Positions 26,161 through 42,758 of a DNA stretch of 64,000 bases are shown here, in pieces; the stretch's first letter is position 1; every line of letters begins with the position of its first letter. The notes under the pieces are model-generated. The model made no database searches and was not told the DNA's origin. It saw nothing but the letters and a program-made list of their open reading frames with translations. Source of the DNA: Malacoraja senta (Eukaryota); NCBI GenBank assembly GCA_038087875.1, contig CM075989.1, positions 12,402,001-12,466,000 of the forward strand, read 5' to 3'. Position numbers and translations under genes: made by a program.

Positions 26161-27774
26161 CTTCCTGAAATTTATCTAGAACCAGAGAAAACAATCCAAA
26201 TAGGTCCAACTTCTACTTGTAGCTATTACCTCCTAATCCAGGCAGCATTCTGGTAAACCTATTCTGCACCTTCTCCAAAATCTCCACATCTTTCCTGTAA
26301 TAGGGTGTGCAGAAGTTCATGCAATACTCAAAATCAGCCTAACCAAAGTCTTATGGAGCTGTTTCATGATGTTCTGACTTATGTACTCAATGCTCTGACC
26401 AATGTGCCTTCTTTACCACACGATGTACTTGTATCGCCACACGAGCTATGAATTTAGACCCCAAGATACCTCTGTACATTAATGATATTGAGTTTTGACA
26501 TTCTTCCCAAAATGCCACACCTCACACTTGTGTGGATTAAATCCCATCTGCCATTACACTGCCTGTGGCTGATCTATATTCCACTACATACTTTGCCAGC
26601 CTTCCTCACTGTCCGCAAATCCAGCAACTTTGGTGTCATTTGTAAACATACTAACCCACCCATCTACATTTATATACAAGTTCTACATTTATGTCCAAGT
26701 TGTTTACATATATCACAGATCCCTGCAAAACTGCACAGGTCACAGACCTCCAGCCAGAATAGCATCCTTCAACTACAACCCTGTCTTCTATGAGAAAGCC
26801 AGTTTAAAATCCACTGTGAAAACTCTGCATTCTGGGCCAGCCTACCATAGGAGATGTTATCAAATGCCTTCCCAAAATGTATGCTACTTTCCTCAGTGAG
26901 TCCAGTGTATAAAACATCAAATAATGAATCCCTAAATCATTAATTGATGTGGCTTATTGCAACTACCTTCATTTGTTTTCAGCTTAATGGTGCCTAGTTC
27001 AACAAAGTGAAGCTGTGAATGAATCTATTCCTTGGTTTTTATTAACTGAGTTACCACATTGATGCCATGGCTAAGAAAGCACACCAATGCCTCTACTGCC
27101 CCAGGAGATTAAAGATATTTGTCATGACTCCAATGACTCTTACTAATTTCTATAGAAACAGCATAAAAAGAATCCGACAAAGCAACTTGGTCTGGCCATT
27201 GCTTTGCCCAATACTGCAAGACATTGCAGAGAAAATCGAACATTGGACAATACAGCATAGGAATCGGCCCTTCAGCCGACAATATTCTCACCAAATATTA
27301 TGCCAAAATAAAGTAATCTCTTCTGCCTGCTCGTGATCCAAATCCCTCCATTCAATGTGGAACTATGTGCCTATTCAAAGGCCTCTTAAATGACACGATC
27401 ATATCTGTCTGCACCACCATCCCTGGCAGCACGCTCTCGGCACTCGCCAATCAATGTGTAAAAAATCTTGTCCATGCTCATCTCCTTTATACTTTGCCAC
27501 TTTGATTTCCACCCTGGAAAAAAGGTTCTAACTGTTTACCCTATCTATGCCTCATAAACTTTTATCAGGTCTCATCTCAACCTCCCGAGTTGTGGATGCA
27601 GCCTAATCCATCGCACAAACCAGGCTCCTCGTTCCCCCCCCCCCCCCCCCATCCCCCCCAATTCACTCTTTCCACACTTCATGCTGCCTTGGAAAATCAG
27701 ATAGCATAAGTAAGGACACCTCGCTCATTCCTTTTTCTCCCCTCTCCCCTGCCCGGAAGGTTCAGTTCACCCGC

Positions 27775-28533
27775 CAGAGACCAGGGACTCGCCCGTTTGG
27801 CCCAACTTGGGGGGTGGGGGCGGGGGAAGGGGGAAACTGTATTTCTCAGTCCCTACCTGGTCGGAGATGTGGCTTTCCTCTGAGCCGCATCTTCGCCCCT
27901 TCCTCGCGGCCTACGAATGGGACTGGAGAGGCGTTTCCTGCTGGGACCGGCCAGAACCTCAGCTTTGGCGGCGGCACAGCACTGAAACACCATCGCGGAG
28001 TGGGCGATGCCTTATCCGGGTTGCCGTGTGGTAAGCTCCGGAGTGCTGAGACCGCCGACTCCTACATTGCGAAGCTGTGGTCGCAGAGCGTCCAGCTGCG
28101 GGCGGTGCTGGGTTTAAACACCGCGGAGACTGGGATCTTTCGCCGAGATCGCCAGTGTTGGAGCTCCGACCAGCGCGGCCTGTGGACTTCGGGAGTCGCG
28201 GTCTCCGGGGAGGAAGCGGCCGTTCCAGACACTCCAAGCCGCTGAGAGTGTTCTCCTGAAGCCGGAGCTCCATCATCCGACGAGAGGGCCTGTAACATCG
28301 GGCCGCCTTTGCCGCAACTGCGGAGGCCTCAATAGGCCCGACCATGGGTGAACAAGAGGAAGAGGACTGGACTTTGTTGCCTTCCCTCACAGTGGGAACC
28401 ATTGTGGGGTATGTTTTTATGTTCAGTGTTAAATTCTTTAATGTGTTTTAGTTTTATTGGTGTGCTGCAAATGGCAACTCAAATTTCACTACACCAATTG
28501 GTGTATGTGACAATAAATGTCCTTTGTCCTTTG
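27775..28533 (+). mobile_element. GC-rich non-autonomous retroelement with Rex1-like 3' tail
   Basis: Shares ordered blocks with 58310-59065; ends gtgacaataaa(tgtcctt)2. Confidence 0.6.
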
Positions 28534-29159
28534 ACATAGAATAAAATAAGAGCTGATATTTCTAACAGTGTGTCAATATGAATTGCATGTTGGTGTGAAG
28601 AGATGACGGCTTTGTATCTGAAATTGTTTTGAATAATTTTAATTCAGAAAAATTATGTCAGGAGATCTCAAAGGCCTGCTGTCAGTTTACAGAATGTGAT
28701 AAGAAAGAAATGGTTCCAGTGAGGGAGCACTGCTTCATTTGATAAAGCAGCTTTGGTGTTTCTCCTTCAGGATAAGTTCCAACACACTGAAAGCATCACT
28801 TTTTGTTTGCTGTGGAATTGATCTGAAATATATAAATGCTTAAGGCAAATTAATGTAGAAGGAAGATGATTGACATTCTTTTGGAAATGTGGTAGTGCAA
28901 CTCACTAATGATTGCGATCTCATCTGTGATGCTGATTCTACAAATTACTTTTAACTCATTATGAACCCTCTGATACAGGAAACATTACCTAGTCTTCTTT
29001 AATAATCTCCCATAGATTAAGTTTGCTGCAAGTGCGGCATGTTATTTGTTTTTTATTCTGTTTATATTCCTTGGAATGTTCAGGCACAGGACAAACTGAC
29101 TCCATTAAAATATTATGCAACAATAATAATTTCATTGTTGCATAATATTTCTATGCTTG

Positions 29160-30960
29160 CATCGAAAAGGAGAATAACAATGTACCTTCACGGGTCCGTA
29201 CAGCCTCGATGACTCTGTGGTCTTTTTTGCTCAGCCCAATGTCAGAAGATCCTTCTCAAGGGCAATCCCCTGGAAAGTGTTTGGCTCTGATGGTATATCT
29301 GGCCATGTAATCAAAAACTCTGTGGGCCAACTAGCAGGAGGTTTCATTGACATCTTCAACCTTTCACTACAATGGTCCTAGGTCCCCAACTGCTTTAAAA
29401 AGACATGCATAATATCCGAGTCCAAGAAGAGCAAGGTGACGTGCCTCAACCGGTGACACTCGTGTCTATTATGATGAATGATTCCAGGGATTGGTTATGA
29501 CACAAATCATATTCTGCCTCAGTAATGACCTGGAACCACTTCAATTCATTTACTGCCATAACAAATCAACAACGGATGTGAACTGCTGGCTCTCCACTCT
29601 GCGCTGGACCACTTGGATATCAGGCACACATACGTCGGACTGTTGTTCATTGACTACAGCTCGTTGATCAACATCATCATCCCTTCCAAACATGTTATCA
29701 AACTGAGGCAATTCGGTCTCTGCTCCTCCTTATGTAACTAGATCCTGGACTTCCTCATCGGTAGATGTCTATCAGTATAAATGAGCAACAATACCTCCTG
29801 ATCACTGTCTATCAAGATAGTCAAGAGTGTTTTATTGTCATATGTTCCAGATAGAACAATGAAATTCTAACTTGCTGCAGCACAACAGAATATGAAACAT
29901 AGTACATAAATGAGAGAAAAAAAGTTCAGTGTGTATATATATATATACACATACACACATACTCAAAACAAACAAACAATTATAATCATCGGGGCACCTT
30001 AGGGCTGCGTGCTTAGTTCCCTACTCTACTTTCTCTATATTGATGACAGTGTAGCCAGACATAGCTGCAGTGCCATCTTTAAATTAGCCAATTATACTCC
30101 CATCGTTGGAAGAATAATGGTTAAAATTGAGTCAGAGTACAGGTGGGCGATCACAGATCTGATTGAGTGGTGCCAGAATGGCAAGCTTGCTCTCAACATT
30201 AACAAGACCTAAGAGCAGATTGTTGTCCTCAAGAAGGGAAAGCCAAGAGATTATGCACCTGGCCTTTTTGGTTGGATGGTGGTGGATAGGGCCAAAAGCT
30301 TCAAGTTCCTAGGCAGACATATCTTTGATCCATTCTGGGCCCTACGCATTGATGCAATCACAAATAAATCTCACAAACACCTCTACTTATGCAAGAGTTT
30401 GGGGAGATTTGATATGTCGCTGAATACTCTATTGAACTTCTACACTTTCCACCGTATCCTCTCCACCGTATCCTCTCTTCAGTGCAGAGCATGCTAAGTG
30501 ATTTGCATTACAGGCTGGTTCAGAAATTCAAATGTTCAAGAACAGGCTGCAAAAAGTGGTGCACATTACACCATCTGTCACGGATACTGAACTCCCTACT
30601 GTTAAAGGCATCAATAGGAAGTGCTGCCTCAAGAAGGCAGCTAATATCATCAAAGACAATGCCAACTTTGCCATGCTCTCTTCTTGCTGCTTTCATTGGG
30701 AGGATTGTACAGGAGCCTGAGAATCATTACTTTTCAGGTTCAAGCACATGTTTTTTCCATCAAACATGTGGTTCTTGAACCACTCTGCATATTTTAAACA
30801 ACACTATCTTATTCCTGACTGAACTACTTTGGTTGCTCTACATACTTTGTTTTTTTCACTATCATGGCCAAGTTTACCAAGAAATACTGAAACGTTATTG
30901 TATATTTATTGTTGCATCTAATTTGCCAGTAAAACTACCGTAAGTAAGAATTTCATTGTT
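29160..30960 (+). mobile_element. Degenerate Rex1-type LINE with an inverted 3'-tail insertion at ~29815-29980
   Basis: LLFIDYSS..N.IIP and GAP.GCVLSSLLYFLY motifs. Confidence 0.82.
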
Positions 30961-31140
30961 CCTGTTCATATCCGATGCATATGACAAATAGTCACCGTTG
31001 ACTCTTATGTGCAAAATATGTAAATATCCTGTAATGATGGAAGTTGTTTTGATAAAACATGAACTTGCATGTGCACTAAAATTTAGCATTATAAGCACTG
31101 AATTTTTAATCAGTTTCTTGTTTTCTTTAGATTTGGGAGA

Positions 31141-31253
31141 ATGGTTTGTGCTGCCTCGCGTTGGTGCCAATGGGCGTTGTTAATTTGTTACCTTGAAAGA
31201 GTGGTATTGTGTCTAAATCCCGATGATCCTAATGTGTGCAGCCACTGGGAAAG
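31141..31253 (+). CDS. MEGF11: MEGF11 first coding exon (signal peptide and start of EMI domain); the exon begins at 31131
   Basis: Acceptor ttttctttAG ends at 31130. ATG at 31141 has a strong Kozak context (AGAATGG). Translates MVCAASRWCQWALLICYLERVVLCLNPDDPNVCSHWE(S), matching the MEGF10/11 motif LNxxDPNVCSHWES. Phase-2 donor AG|gtaaat at 31254. Confidence 0.93.
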
Positions 31254-33740
31254 GTAAATGCAATCTGTTTTTGTTTATTCCTGATTCTTTTCCTTCATGA
31301 ATTTTATGTGCAATGTTAAGTTTTAGTCATGAAATTGAGGAAATTTGGCAATAGGCATAACGCTGTATTCTTTTAATTTTTTCTTGTGTTTGTAGTAACT
31401 TTATTTTAATTTTGTTGCTTTATCATGCTCATCAGCAAGGGCTACAATAATTTCTTCTGTATTCTTTGTAATTCTATGAGGTTCCTAAATAAATTAAACT
31501 TAATATCAGTATAATTCATAAATTATGTTTTTTTGATGGATGAGCAGGTGTATTACTTAAATCAACTTAAAGGATAACTATTGTAAAAATGAAATAGTTA
31601 TAGGATTGATAAATATATCTGTACTTAATCTGTGTTTAAATAAAATCATATATAAAATAAGATTGTTGTGCAACAAGCAAAGATGGACCTCATTAAGAGG
31701 CAAATGTACATTGAACATAATGAACAATAATAATTTGGAGCTTGGTTTTTATAAAATTCAAAATAATAATCTACTATTAAGATGATAAATTCAATTTTCT
31801 ACCGTGGAAGATGAAAAACTTTCAATAAATGGAAGCAATATTTTACCTGATGTACCATTTCTTGTTACACAATATGATTATATTAGGTTAAAAAAAGTAT
31901 TAAGACAGAATTCAGTTTTGCTTATGTAGCTGGATTTTTACCATCAAACAAAATGTCAGTAATCAGTGTGGTTAAAACAGTTACTTGGAAAAACCAAAGG
32001 GGAAAAAAAGCAAAAGAATGGATATAATAAAATGCAGAGCATGAAGTACATACCATTAGAATTAAAAACAAAGCCGAGGTCATTTAAAACAAGCTTGTTA
32101 AAGTAACAACAAATTCATTAATAGAATGATTGAGGTTAATCAAGTGGCCAAACCTTCCTACATTTTTTTAAAATAAAGCATTTGCAAACCAAAAGCACAC
32201 CTCAAACTATTGATTGGGCAAATTGGTATGAGTGCAACATTCTAATCAAGAGAAAAGCTAGATTAAATACTTGTATTGATTTGCTGTATTTCACATGATG
32301 ACTTTGTCAAGTACACGTTAATAAATCACATTGCAGTGGAAGCCTGCAGTGAGTAGCCTTTATTGCCCTTTGGGATTAAATGTTGATTATTAAGCAGTTA
32401 CCAACAATGTGTCTGATTCTCTCAAAGAAACGTTTAATTTAATGTGCTTATATAATAGCATCTACAATATAACAAAATTGGAAATTCATCTGAAGATTTG
32501 GGTCTAAAGAAGGGTGCCGAGCCAACCCAAAACGTCACTAATCCATGTGGTCCAGGAATGCAGTAGGACTCGCTGAGTTACTCCAGCATTTTGTGTCTTT
32601 CCTTGGAATTTCATGATAGGAATCAAATGACTTATAGAAGTAGACAGTAGAATGCCCCAAATGAAAATGGCAAGCTTTACAATCATGATTCCTGATCTCA
32701 GCCATCGTTCTTAAAAAGTAGAGTAGAAACATGATTTTTCACCTTAAGATAGTGATAGACTTTGTATAACTTTGTTCAACGAATCATCAAATGTGTCAAA
32801 TTAAGGGATCTGATTTTGCTGGCCTACACTCTTTCTAGTAGTATATTTCTTAGGTAGTTCAGAATGCCTTTGAGATAGATGGTCTACTCAGCTTCCTGCA
32901 GTTAATTTTGGTGGAGCCATTAGCTGGTAGGGTCTGGCACTGAGAAATGAGTTAGAAACGGAAGCTTCTCAGATCCCACAGAACATGGCATACAACTATT
33001 TCGAACACTACTTCATCGTATAGTTGCAGAAAGAAGATATTGCCATGGGAAGACTCTTTGGCAGGTATTGAGTACTAAAGACAGGGCAGGCCCATCAAGA
33101 GTATCAAAAGTGTAGGGATGTGCTAAAAAAGGAAATTATGATGACAAATAGAATTATCACTAGTGGACAGGATTAAAATAAAACCAAAGACATTTTATGT
33201 ATATTACAGACAAAAATAGATAACAAGGAGAAGAGTTAAGCACATTAGGGACAAGAAGGACACCCGTTCCCTACCCGTAGCCCCCAATTGCACTTGCCCT
33301 GCATGTTGCAATAGCAATTCGCGCTCCCCCTCCTGTGAGGTAAAAAGTTCATTGTGTTCCTGTGTCGCAACATTGGATCGAAGTGTGTTGGAAGCTGGCA
33401 GGAATGATTTTAACAGTAAAAATCTTGTGAAAGTTGGCATTTTTAAAGCTTTAATAGCGAATAAGGTGAAATAAAGGATGAAATCTTCAATGAAGCTGAT
33501 GACTGCTAGCCGAGCCATTGTGACATCATCAGTAGAAGCTGGTCGTTTAAAATTCAAAGTACTTTGATTTTTTTTTCAACTTTGAGCCGTAATGTCGAGA
33601 AATAAAGCATAAAATGTTCAGTAAAGTTGCTCTCTGCCTAGAGGGGAATAATGTGAATCAGAATGTAAAAATCTTGTGAAAGTTGGCATTTTTAAAACTT
33701 TAATCACGAATAACGTGAAATATAGGATGATATAGGTAAA

Positions 33741-34406
33741 TACAGGCAGTGAAGAAAGCGAATGGCATGTTGGCCTTCATAACAAGAGGAGTTGAGTATA
33801 GGAGCAAAGAGGTCCTTCTGCAGTTGTATAGGGCCCTAGTGAGACCACACCTGGAGTATTGTGTGCAGTTTTGGTTCCCTAATTTGAGGAAGGACATTAT
33901 TGCTATTGAGGGAGTGCAGCGTAGGTTTACAAGTTTAATTCCCGGGAAGGCAGGACTGTCATATGCTGAGAGAATGGTGCGGCTGGGCTTGTATGCTCTG
34001 GAGTTTAGAAGGATGAGAGGGAATCTTATTGAAACATATAAGTTTATTAAGAGTTTGAACACGTTAGAGGCAGGAAACATGTTCCCGATGATGGGGGAGT
34101 CCAGAAACAGGGCCCACTGTTTAAGAATAAGGGGTAAGCCATTTAGAACAGAGATGAGGATACACCTTTTCACACAGAGAGTTGTGAGTCTGTGGAATTC
34201 TCTGCCTCAGAGGGCGGTGGAGGCCGGTTCTCTGGATACTTTCAAGAGAGAGCTAGATAGGGCTGTTAAAGATAGCGGAGTCAGGGGATATGGTGAGAAG
34301 GTAGGAACGGGGTACTGATTGGGGATGATTAGCCATGATCACATTGAATGGCGGTGCTGGCTCGAAGGGCCGAATGGCCTACTCCTGCACCTATTGCCTA
34401 TTGTCT
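33741..34406 (+). mobile_element. CR1/HER1-type LINE 3' fragment inserted in a Helitron-like element
   Basis: Intact 189-aa ORF2 C-terminus (LYRALVRPHLEYCVQFW). Host repeat sequence resumes at aaatcttca. Confidence 0.93.
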
Positions 34407-34633
34407 AAATCTTCAGAGAAGCTGATCACTGCTAGCCGAGCCATTGTGATGTCATCAGTGAAAGCTGGTTGTTTTAAATTCAAAGTCTTTTGATGTTTTT
34501 AAACTTCTGACTTGCTTTTAATCAGTAATAAGTTGAGAAATAAAGCATAAAATATTCAGTGTAGGTGCTCTCGGCCTCGAGGGGAAAAATGTCAATCAGA
34601 ATATGTAAAAATGTAATCGTTACCACGTAGTGT

Positions 34634-34833
34634 NNNNNNNNNNNNNNNNNNNNNNNNNNNNNNNNNNNNNNNNNNNNNNNNNNNNNNNNNNNNNNNNNNN
34701 NNNNNNNNNNNNNNNNNNNNNNNNNNNNNNNNNNNNNNNNNNNNNNNNNNNNNNNNNNNNNNNNNNNNNNNNNNNNNNNNNNNNNNNNNNNNNNNNNNNN
34801 NNNNNNNNNNNNNNNNNNNNNNNNNNNNNNNNN
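34634..34833. other. Assembly gap (200 N)
   Basis: Run of N. Confidence 1.
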
Positions 34834-35610
34834 GGGGAGAGAGAAGGGGCAGTGGGAGAGAGAAGGGGGAGTGGGAGAGAAGGGGGAGTGGGAGAAAGGC
34901 ATGGGGGTGGAAGGGAGGGGACGGATGGGGAGAAAAGAGATTAGAGGGGAGACGGAGAGATTAGAGGGGAGAGAGGGGGAGGTAGGGGGAGAGAGAGAGG
35001 AGGGGGTGAGTGAGGGGGTGAGAGGATAGGTGAGGGGGAGACTTGGAGGGGAAGAAGAGGAGGGGGAGAGTTGGAGGGTGGAGAGGGAGAGGTGGGGGAG
35101 AGAAGAGGAGGGGGAGAGGTGATGGGGAGGGGGGGAGGGGAGGGTGGAGAGTGGGGGTGGAGAGGGGGAGGAGAATACGATGTAGAGGGGGTGTAGAGGG
35201 GAGGGGATAAAATGGGGGAGGGGAGGGAGAAAGGTGAGGGGGGAGAGGGGGGAGGTGGAGAGAGATTGGATGTGAGAGAGAGAGGGAGAGAGAGGAGGGG
35301 GGAGCGAGAAGGGGGAGAGAGAAGGGGAGGGGGGAAGGCACGGGGAGGGAGGGGAAGACAGAGGGAGAGAGAGGGGAGAGGGGGGAGAGAGGGGAGAGAG
35401 GAGGGGGTGAGTGAGGGGGTTGGAGGAATGGGAGGGGGAGTTGGAGGGGAGAGAAGAGGAGGGGAGAGGAGGAGGGGAGAGGTGGAGGGGGGAGAGGTGG
35501 AGGGAGGTGGAGGGGGAGAACAGGAGGAGAGGAGGAGGGGAGGATAGGAGGGGTAGAGGTGGAGGGGGAGTGGAGGGCGGTAGAGAAGGGAGGGGGTAGA
35601 TAGGGAAGGT
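34834..35610. repeat. Complex G/A-rich purine tract, copy 1
   Basis: Almost entirely G/A on the + strand; shares ordered landmark words with 37040-37900. Confidence 0.9.
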
Positions 35611-36024
35611 GACAAAATAAGCCAGGCGCTTGAGCCAGCATGAGAGAGCCGGCCCGTTTGGGGGGGGGGGGGAAGTGGAGGAGAGCCGGGCAGCAGCTGC
35701 GAAAATCGCCAGCGAAAGAATAAAAATGTCGTGTTTTTGGAGTAGAGCCGGGCGGCAGCAGCCTTTATGGTGACAAAATGAGTGAGTGTGGGGTGGGGTG
35801 GGGGGGGGATGATTTTATTTTAAAACGTGTACATAAAAATGCCTAAATCTAATAAGGAGTGTGTTAGGGTATGTAAAAGTGTAATGTCTAGCGAAATGGA
35901 AAAAAATCTCGGAGTTTTCGCGTGTGGTTTTGGCGGACCAAGGAATCAAAGGCCAAATCTGACACCCACAAACACACACACACACACACTCCCACGCACA
36001 CACACACAGAGTTTTAATAGTATA

Positions 36025-38581
<2,557 letters not shown>

Positions 38582-38587
38582 TAATGA

Positions 38588-38764
<177 letters not shown>

Positions 38765-39003
38765 TGAAATGGGTAAACATTCATTATATAGAGCAAAAAT
38801 TAATTTCAGAGGGTTTACCAGTTCATTTCTTGTTATTCACAGCTACCTTGGTGACCGTTGTTGACATATATCATATTTAAATAGCACACCATGGCATACA
38901 ATTCTTAAAAATAAGAATGGCCCAGGTAATAATATCATCAATTGGTTTAGGTAATTGTTATAAATAGGGAGAAGAATGTCCTAATATCATCTATGACCTC
39001 ATG

Positions 39004-39915
39004 GATGATACGAAGATAGGTGGAGGGCAGGTAGTACCGAGGAAGCAGCGAGTCTGCAGAAGGGCTTGGACATGTTGGGAGAGTGGGCAAAGAAGTGGCA
39101 AATGGAATATTGCGTAGCAAAATGTATGGTCATGCACTTTGGTACAAGGAACAAAAGCGTAAATTATTTTGTAAATGAGGAGAGGATTCAGATATTGGAG
39201 CTGCAAATGGTTTTGGGAGTGCTGGTGCAGAATTCCCATAACATCAATTTGCAGGTCTAGTTGGTGGTAAGGAAGGCAAATGCAATGTTAGTATTCATTT
39301 CAAGAGGACTAGAATAAAACGATAATAGAATAAAAGCAAGGATGTAATGCTGAGGCTTTCCATGATGTTGGTCAGGCTACATTTCACATATGTTGGGCTC
39401 CATATCTGAGGCAGGATGTGCTGACGTTGGAGAAGGTCCAGAGGAGGTTTACAAAAATGTTCATGGGATGATTGTTTTAATGTACGAGGAGCATGCAATG
39501 GCACTGGGCTTGTAGTCGTTGGAGCTCAGATGGATGATGGGGGATCTCATTGAAATCTACCGAATAATGAAAGGCCTCGATAGAGTGGATGTGGAGAGGA
39601 TATTTCCAGGACTGATGGCACCGCCTCAGAATAAAAGGATGTATGTTTAGAATGGAGATGAGGAGGCATTTCTTTAGCCAGACGGTGGTGAATCTGTGGA
39701 ATTTATTGCCACAGATGGCAATAGAGGTCAGGTCATTGAGTATTTTTAAAACTGAGATTGATAGGTTCTTGATTAGTAAAGTCATCAATGGTTATGGGGA
39801 GAAGGAAGGAGAATTGGGTTGAGAGGGAAAAATAGATCAGCTTTGATCAAATGGTGGAGCAGATTCGATGGGCCAAATGGCCGAATTCTGCTATGTCTTA
39901 TGGTCTTATGGTCTC
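39004..39915 (+). mobile_element. CR1/HER1-type LINE fragment
   Basis: Runs from DDTKIGG and WAKKWQMEY to the 3' UTR with a (tcttatgg) tail; degenerate. Confidence 0.88.
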
Positions 39916-40552
39916 ATGATAAATTTACTTTAAAGTTTGAAGATAATTGTTGTTTTTAAAAGCTATCCCAAACTCTGGGCCAATTCCTGCATTATAGTCA
40001 TTAATTTTTTCAAAAAATGATATGCCGTATATACAAATATATACTCGTATACACATCCCAAAACAAAAGATGTTACTTAATTATTATTTGTTTATTAACT
40101 TGTTTCCCAGTAAACCTCTCTGAGGAAAAGTACAATATGATATTAACAGTTTAATGGCATCATAGAACTCAAAAGTGTTTTCTCCGTCAGGGACCTTTAA
40201 TTTGAGAACCTAAAGGCATTTTGGTCTGTGTAATCTAATTGTCTACCATTTGGACTCTTGGCAACTGTAAAATTTTGGAATCTTACAGGGGACTAAAAAA
40301 TGGTCAGGCCACCCCTGCACCTTATCCTTGTGTTAGAAATTGACTAATTTCTGTAATAACTTCAGCATGTAGATTTGATATTTCAAGATTATTTTGCCTA
40401 CGGGTACATTATTAATTATCTTAACTATTTTAATACCAATATGTTTCTATTAGATATATAAATAAAAGGATGTTAAACATGTGTGGTAAGATTGTTGTGT
40501 TGATTTGCATATCAGTAAAAATTTGTGAACTTTCTAGTTGCTAATTACATAA

Positions 40553-40729
<177 letters not shown>

Positions 40730-42149
40730 TGATTTTTAACTAAATGTACTTTGCTGGACTATCACTTTTCCTATACTTTGTTTCTTTCTCTTCTGAGAGG
40801 GTGTTACTGCTCATGTGAAGTCCAGATTTCACCAGTTGTGTAGTTCAGCAGTTTCAAACTATCAATCAATATTTTTGAAATTGTTCTAATAGTTTATTGA
40901 AACATTTTGCTTTGCTCAGTCTTTCTTAAAATATGAAACTGGACTTGCACACAGGAATTCAAGTGCAGCCTAACCAATGTATATCAACGCTTAGCATAAT
41001 CGTGTGTACTTATATCAGTCAGCTGCTCTGAGACACGTTGGAGTGTTAGGGTAGCCACAGAAAGATTTTGCAAGATAGTAACCACTACATGGAACAATCT
41101 CTATGGAAGAATCACTGGCGATATGCTGATGATGATCAGAAATACTTTGTATGTAAAGATCCCTCAGTAAACAAGGGAACACATGATTTACCCTGCAGTG
41201 ATAGTTTGGTTCCTTTGATCTTTGATTTAGACTGTTGAGAGTTAGAGATACCGTGTTGACATAATTCAGTACCAAACAATGCTGGAATATCATTCCTGAT
41301 ATAGGGTCTCGGACCAAAATATCAACAATTTATTTCTCTCAATGGATGCTATTCGACCGGCTGAGTTCCTCCATCAGTTTGTTTTATGATCCAGATTCCA
41401 GCATCTGTAGTCTCTTGTGTCTGCTGTGTTGTAATTTCTTATGGATACGACTTTCAGCTATAGAATTGCTTATTAAGGATGTTCTGGTGTCTTGCTGAAC
41501 ATTTATTATCTAATCACCATTATTTTTTGCTGTGAGAACGTAAAATGTAACCTATTGAATTTGGCATTATTTGAGGCTAGTAGATTAGTCTACAAGTTCG
41601 CCAATATTTTTGTAGTTTGGAATTTTGGTATTTTTGTTTCAAGCAGTAGAACTCATTATATGGGAGGAGATAGTTTGTGAATCACATGGGATCCTAACAT
41701 TTTATGTTAGAGCAGCATAGTGTAGGAATACTCCATTGACCACCCCACAATAATAATTGGGACCAGGCTGCTCCTCAACATTACCACCACACCCACCACC
41801 GATTCACCTGCAATACATTCTCCATAAATATGTTGAACATCTGGACTTGTTTGTAAACTTCTCCTCTAGCATGACTTTGATGGGCCTCATTAGACTATCA
41901 TGTATTTAAATATCATGACAAAGCTGAAATCATCTTGTACCTAATCATTGCCAGATTAGACTACAGCACTCTGTTGGTCAGATTTACATAAATTAAGATT
42001 AGTTGTTACTTCCTGTCTGTGCAACAACAGTGACTACAATATAGATGTAATTAGTTGGATGTAAAATATTTTTATACTTCTGAGCATATTATACAGTGGA
42101 GCTTTGATTAACAAGCAGTTGATTTACTGGTTTGCGGGCATAATCTTAG

Positions 42150-42410
42150 TTTAGAGATACAGGATGGAAATAGGCCCTTTGGCACACTGAGTCCACGCCG
42201 AACAGCGATCACCTGTACACTAGTTCTAGTCCTACACACTAGGGATGTAAATTAACGTACAAACCTGTATGTCTTTGGAATGTGGGAGAAAACCAGAGCA
42301 CCTGGGGAAAACCCACGCGGACACAGGCTGAACGTACAAACTTCTCATTGTCAGAATCGAAGCCGGGTCTCTGGCCCTATATGGCAGCAACTCTACCGCT
42401 GTGCCACTGT
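42150..42410 (-). mobile_element. V-SINE (HE1-like)
   Basis: V-domain plus tRNA-like head (ctctaccgctgtgccactgt) and a LINE-like tail. Confidence 0.8.
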
Positions 42411-42758
42411 AACATCCTTTGCAACCTCACGTCTGTGTGAGGTTTCAAAGGACAGTTATGTCAATTTAAAAAGCCTATGCTTCCAGGCTTGAAGCCTGCT
42501 TCCACAGAATACAATAGGAGTATATTCACTCCTGTAAGAGTAAACTGCAGTTAGAACAGTAATGGCATATTAATTACTGCCATACATTAAAGTACAATGA
42601 TGCATTAATTTTGAAGTGCAGCACTGTCCAGTAAATCTGTCTGCAAATGAAAATGAATGATTTTAAATATTGAGAAACGTGGTTTGCTTCTGATATTGGA
42701 AAAATATTCCACTAAAACACATTTTAAACAGAAACATACTGAGTACTTTTAAAAACAT

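Larger units (their letters stand above)
33262..36024 (-). mobile_element. Helitron-like element(s) spanning the assembly gap
   Basis: Left end (cccgtagcccccaattgcac) resembles 42801-42820. The right terminal module 35810-36024 is nearly identical to 38175-38397. Contains a ~250 bp tandem duplication and a purine tract. Continuity across the N gap cannot be verified. Confidence 0.5.
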
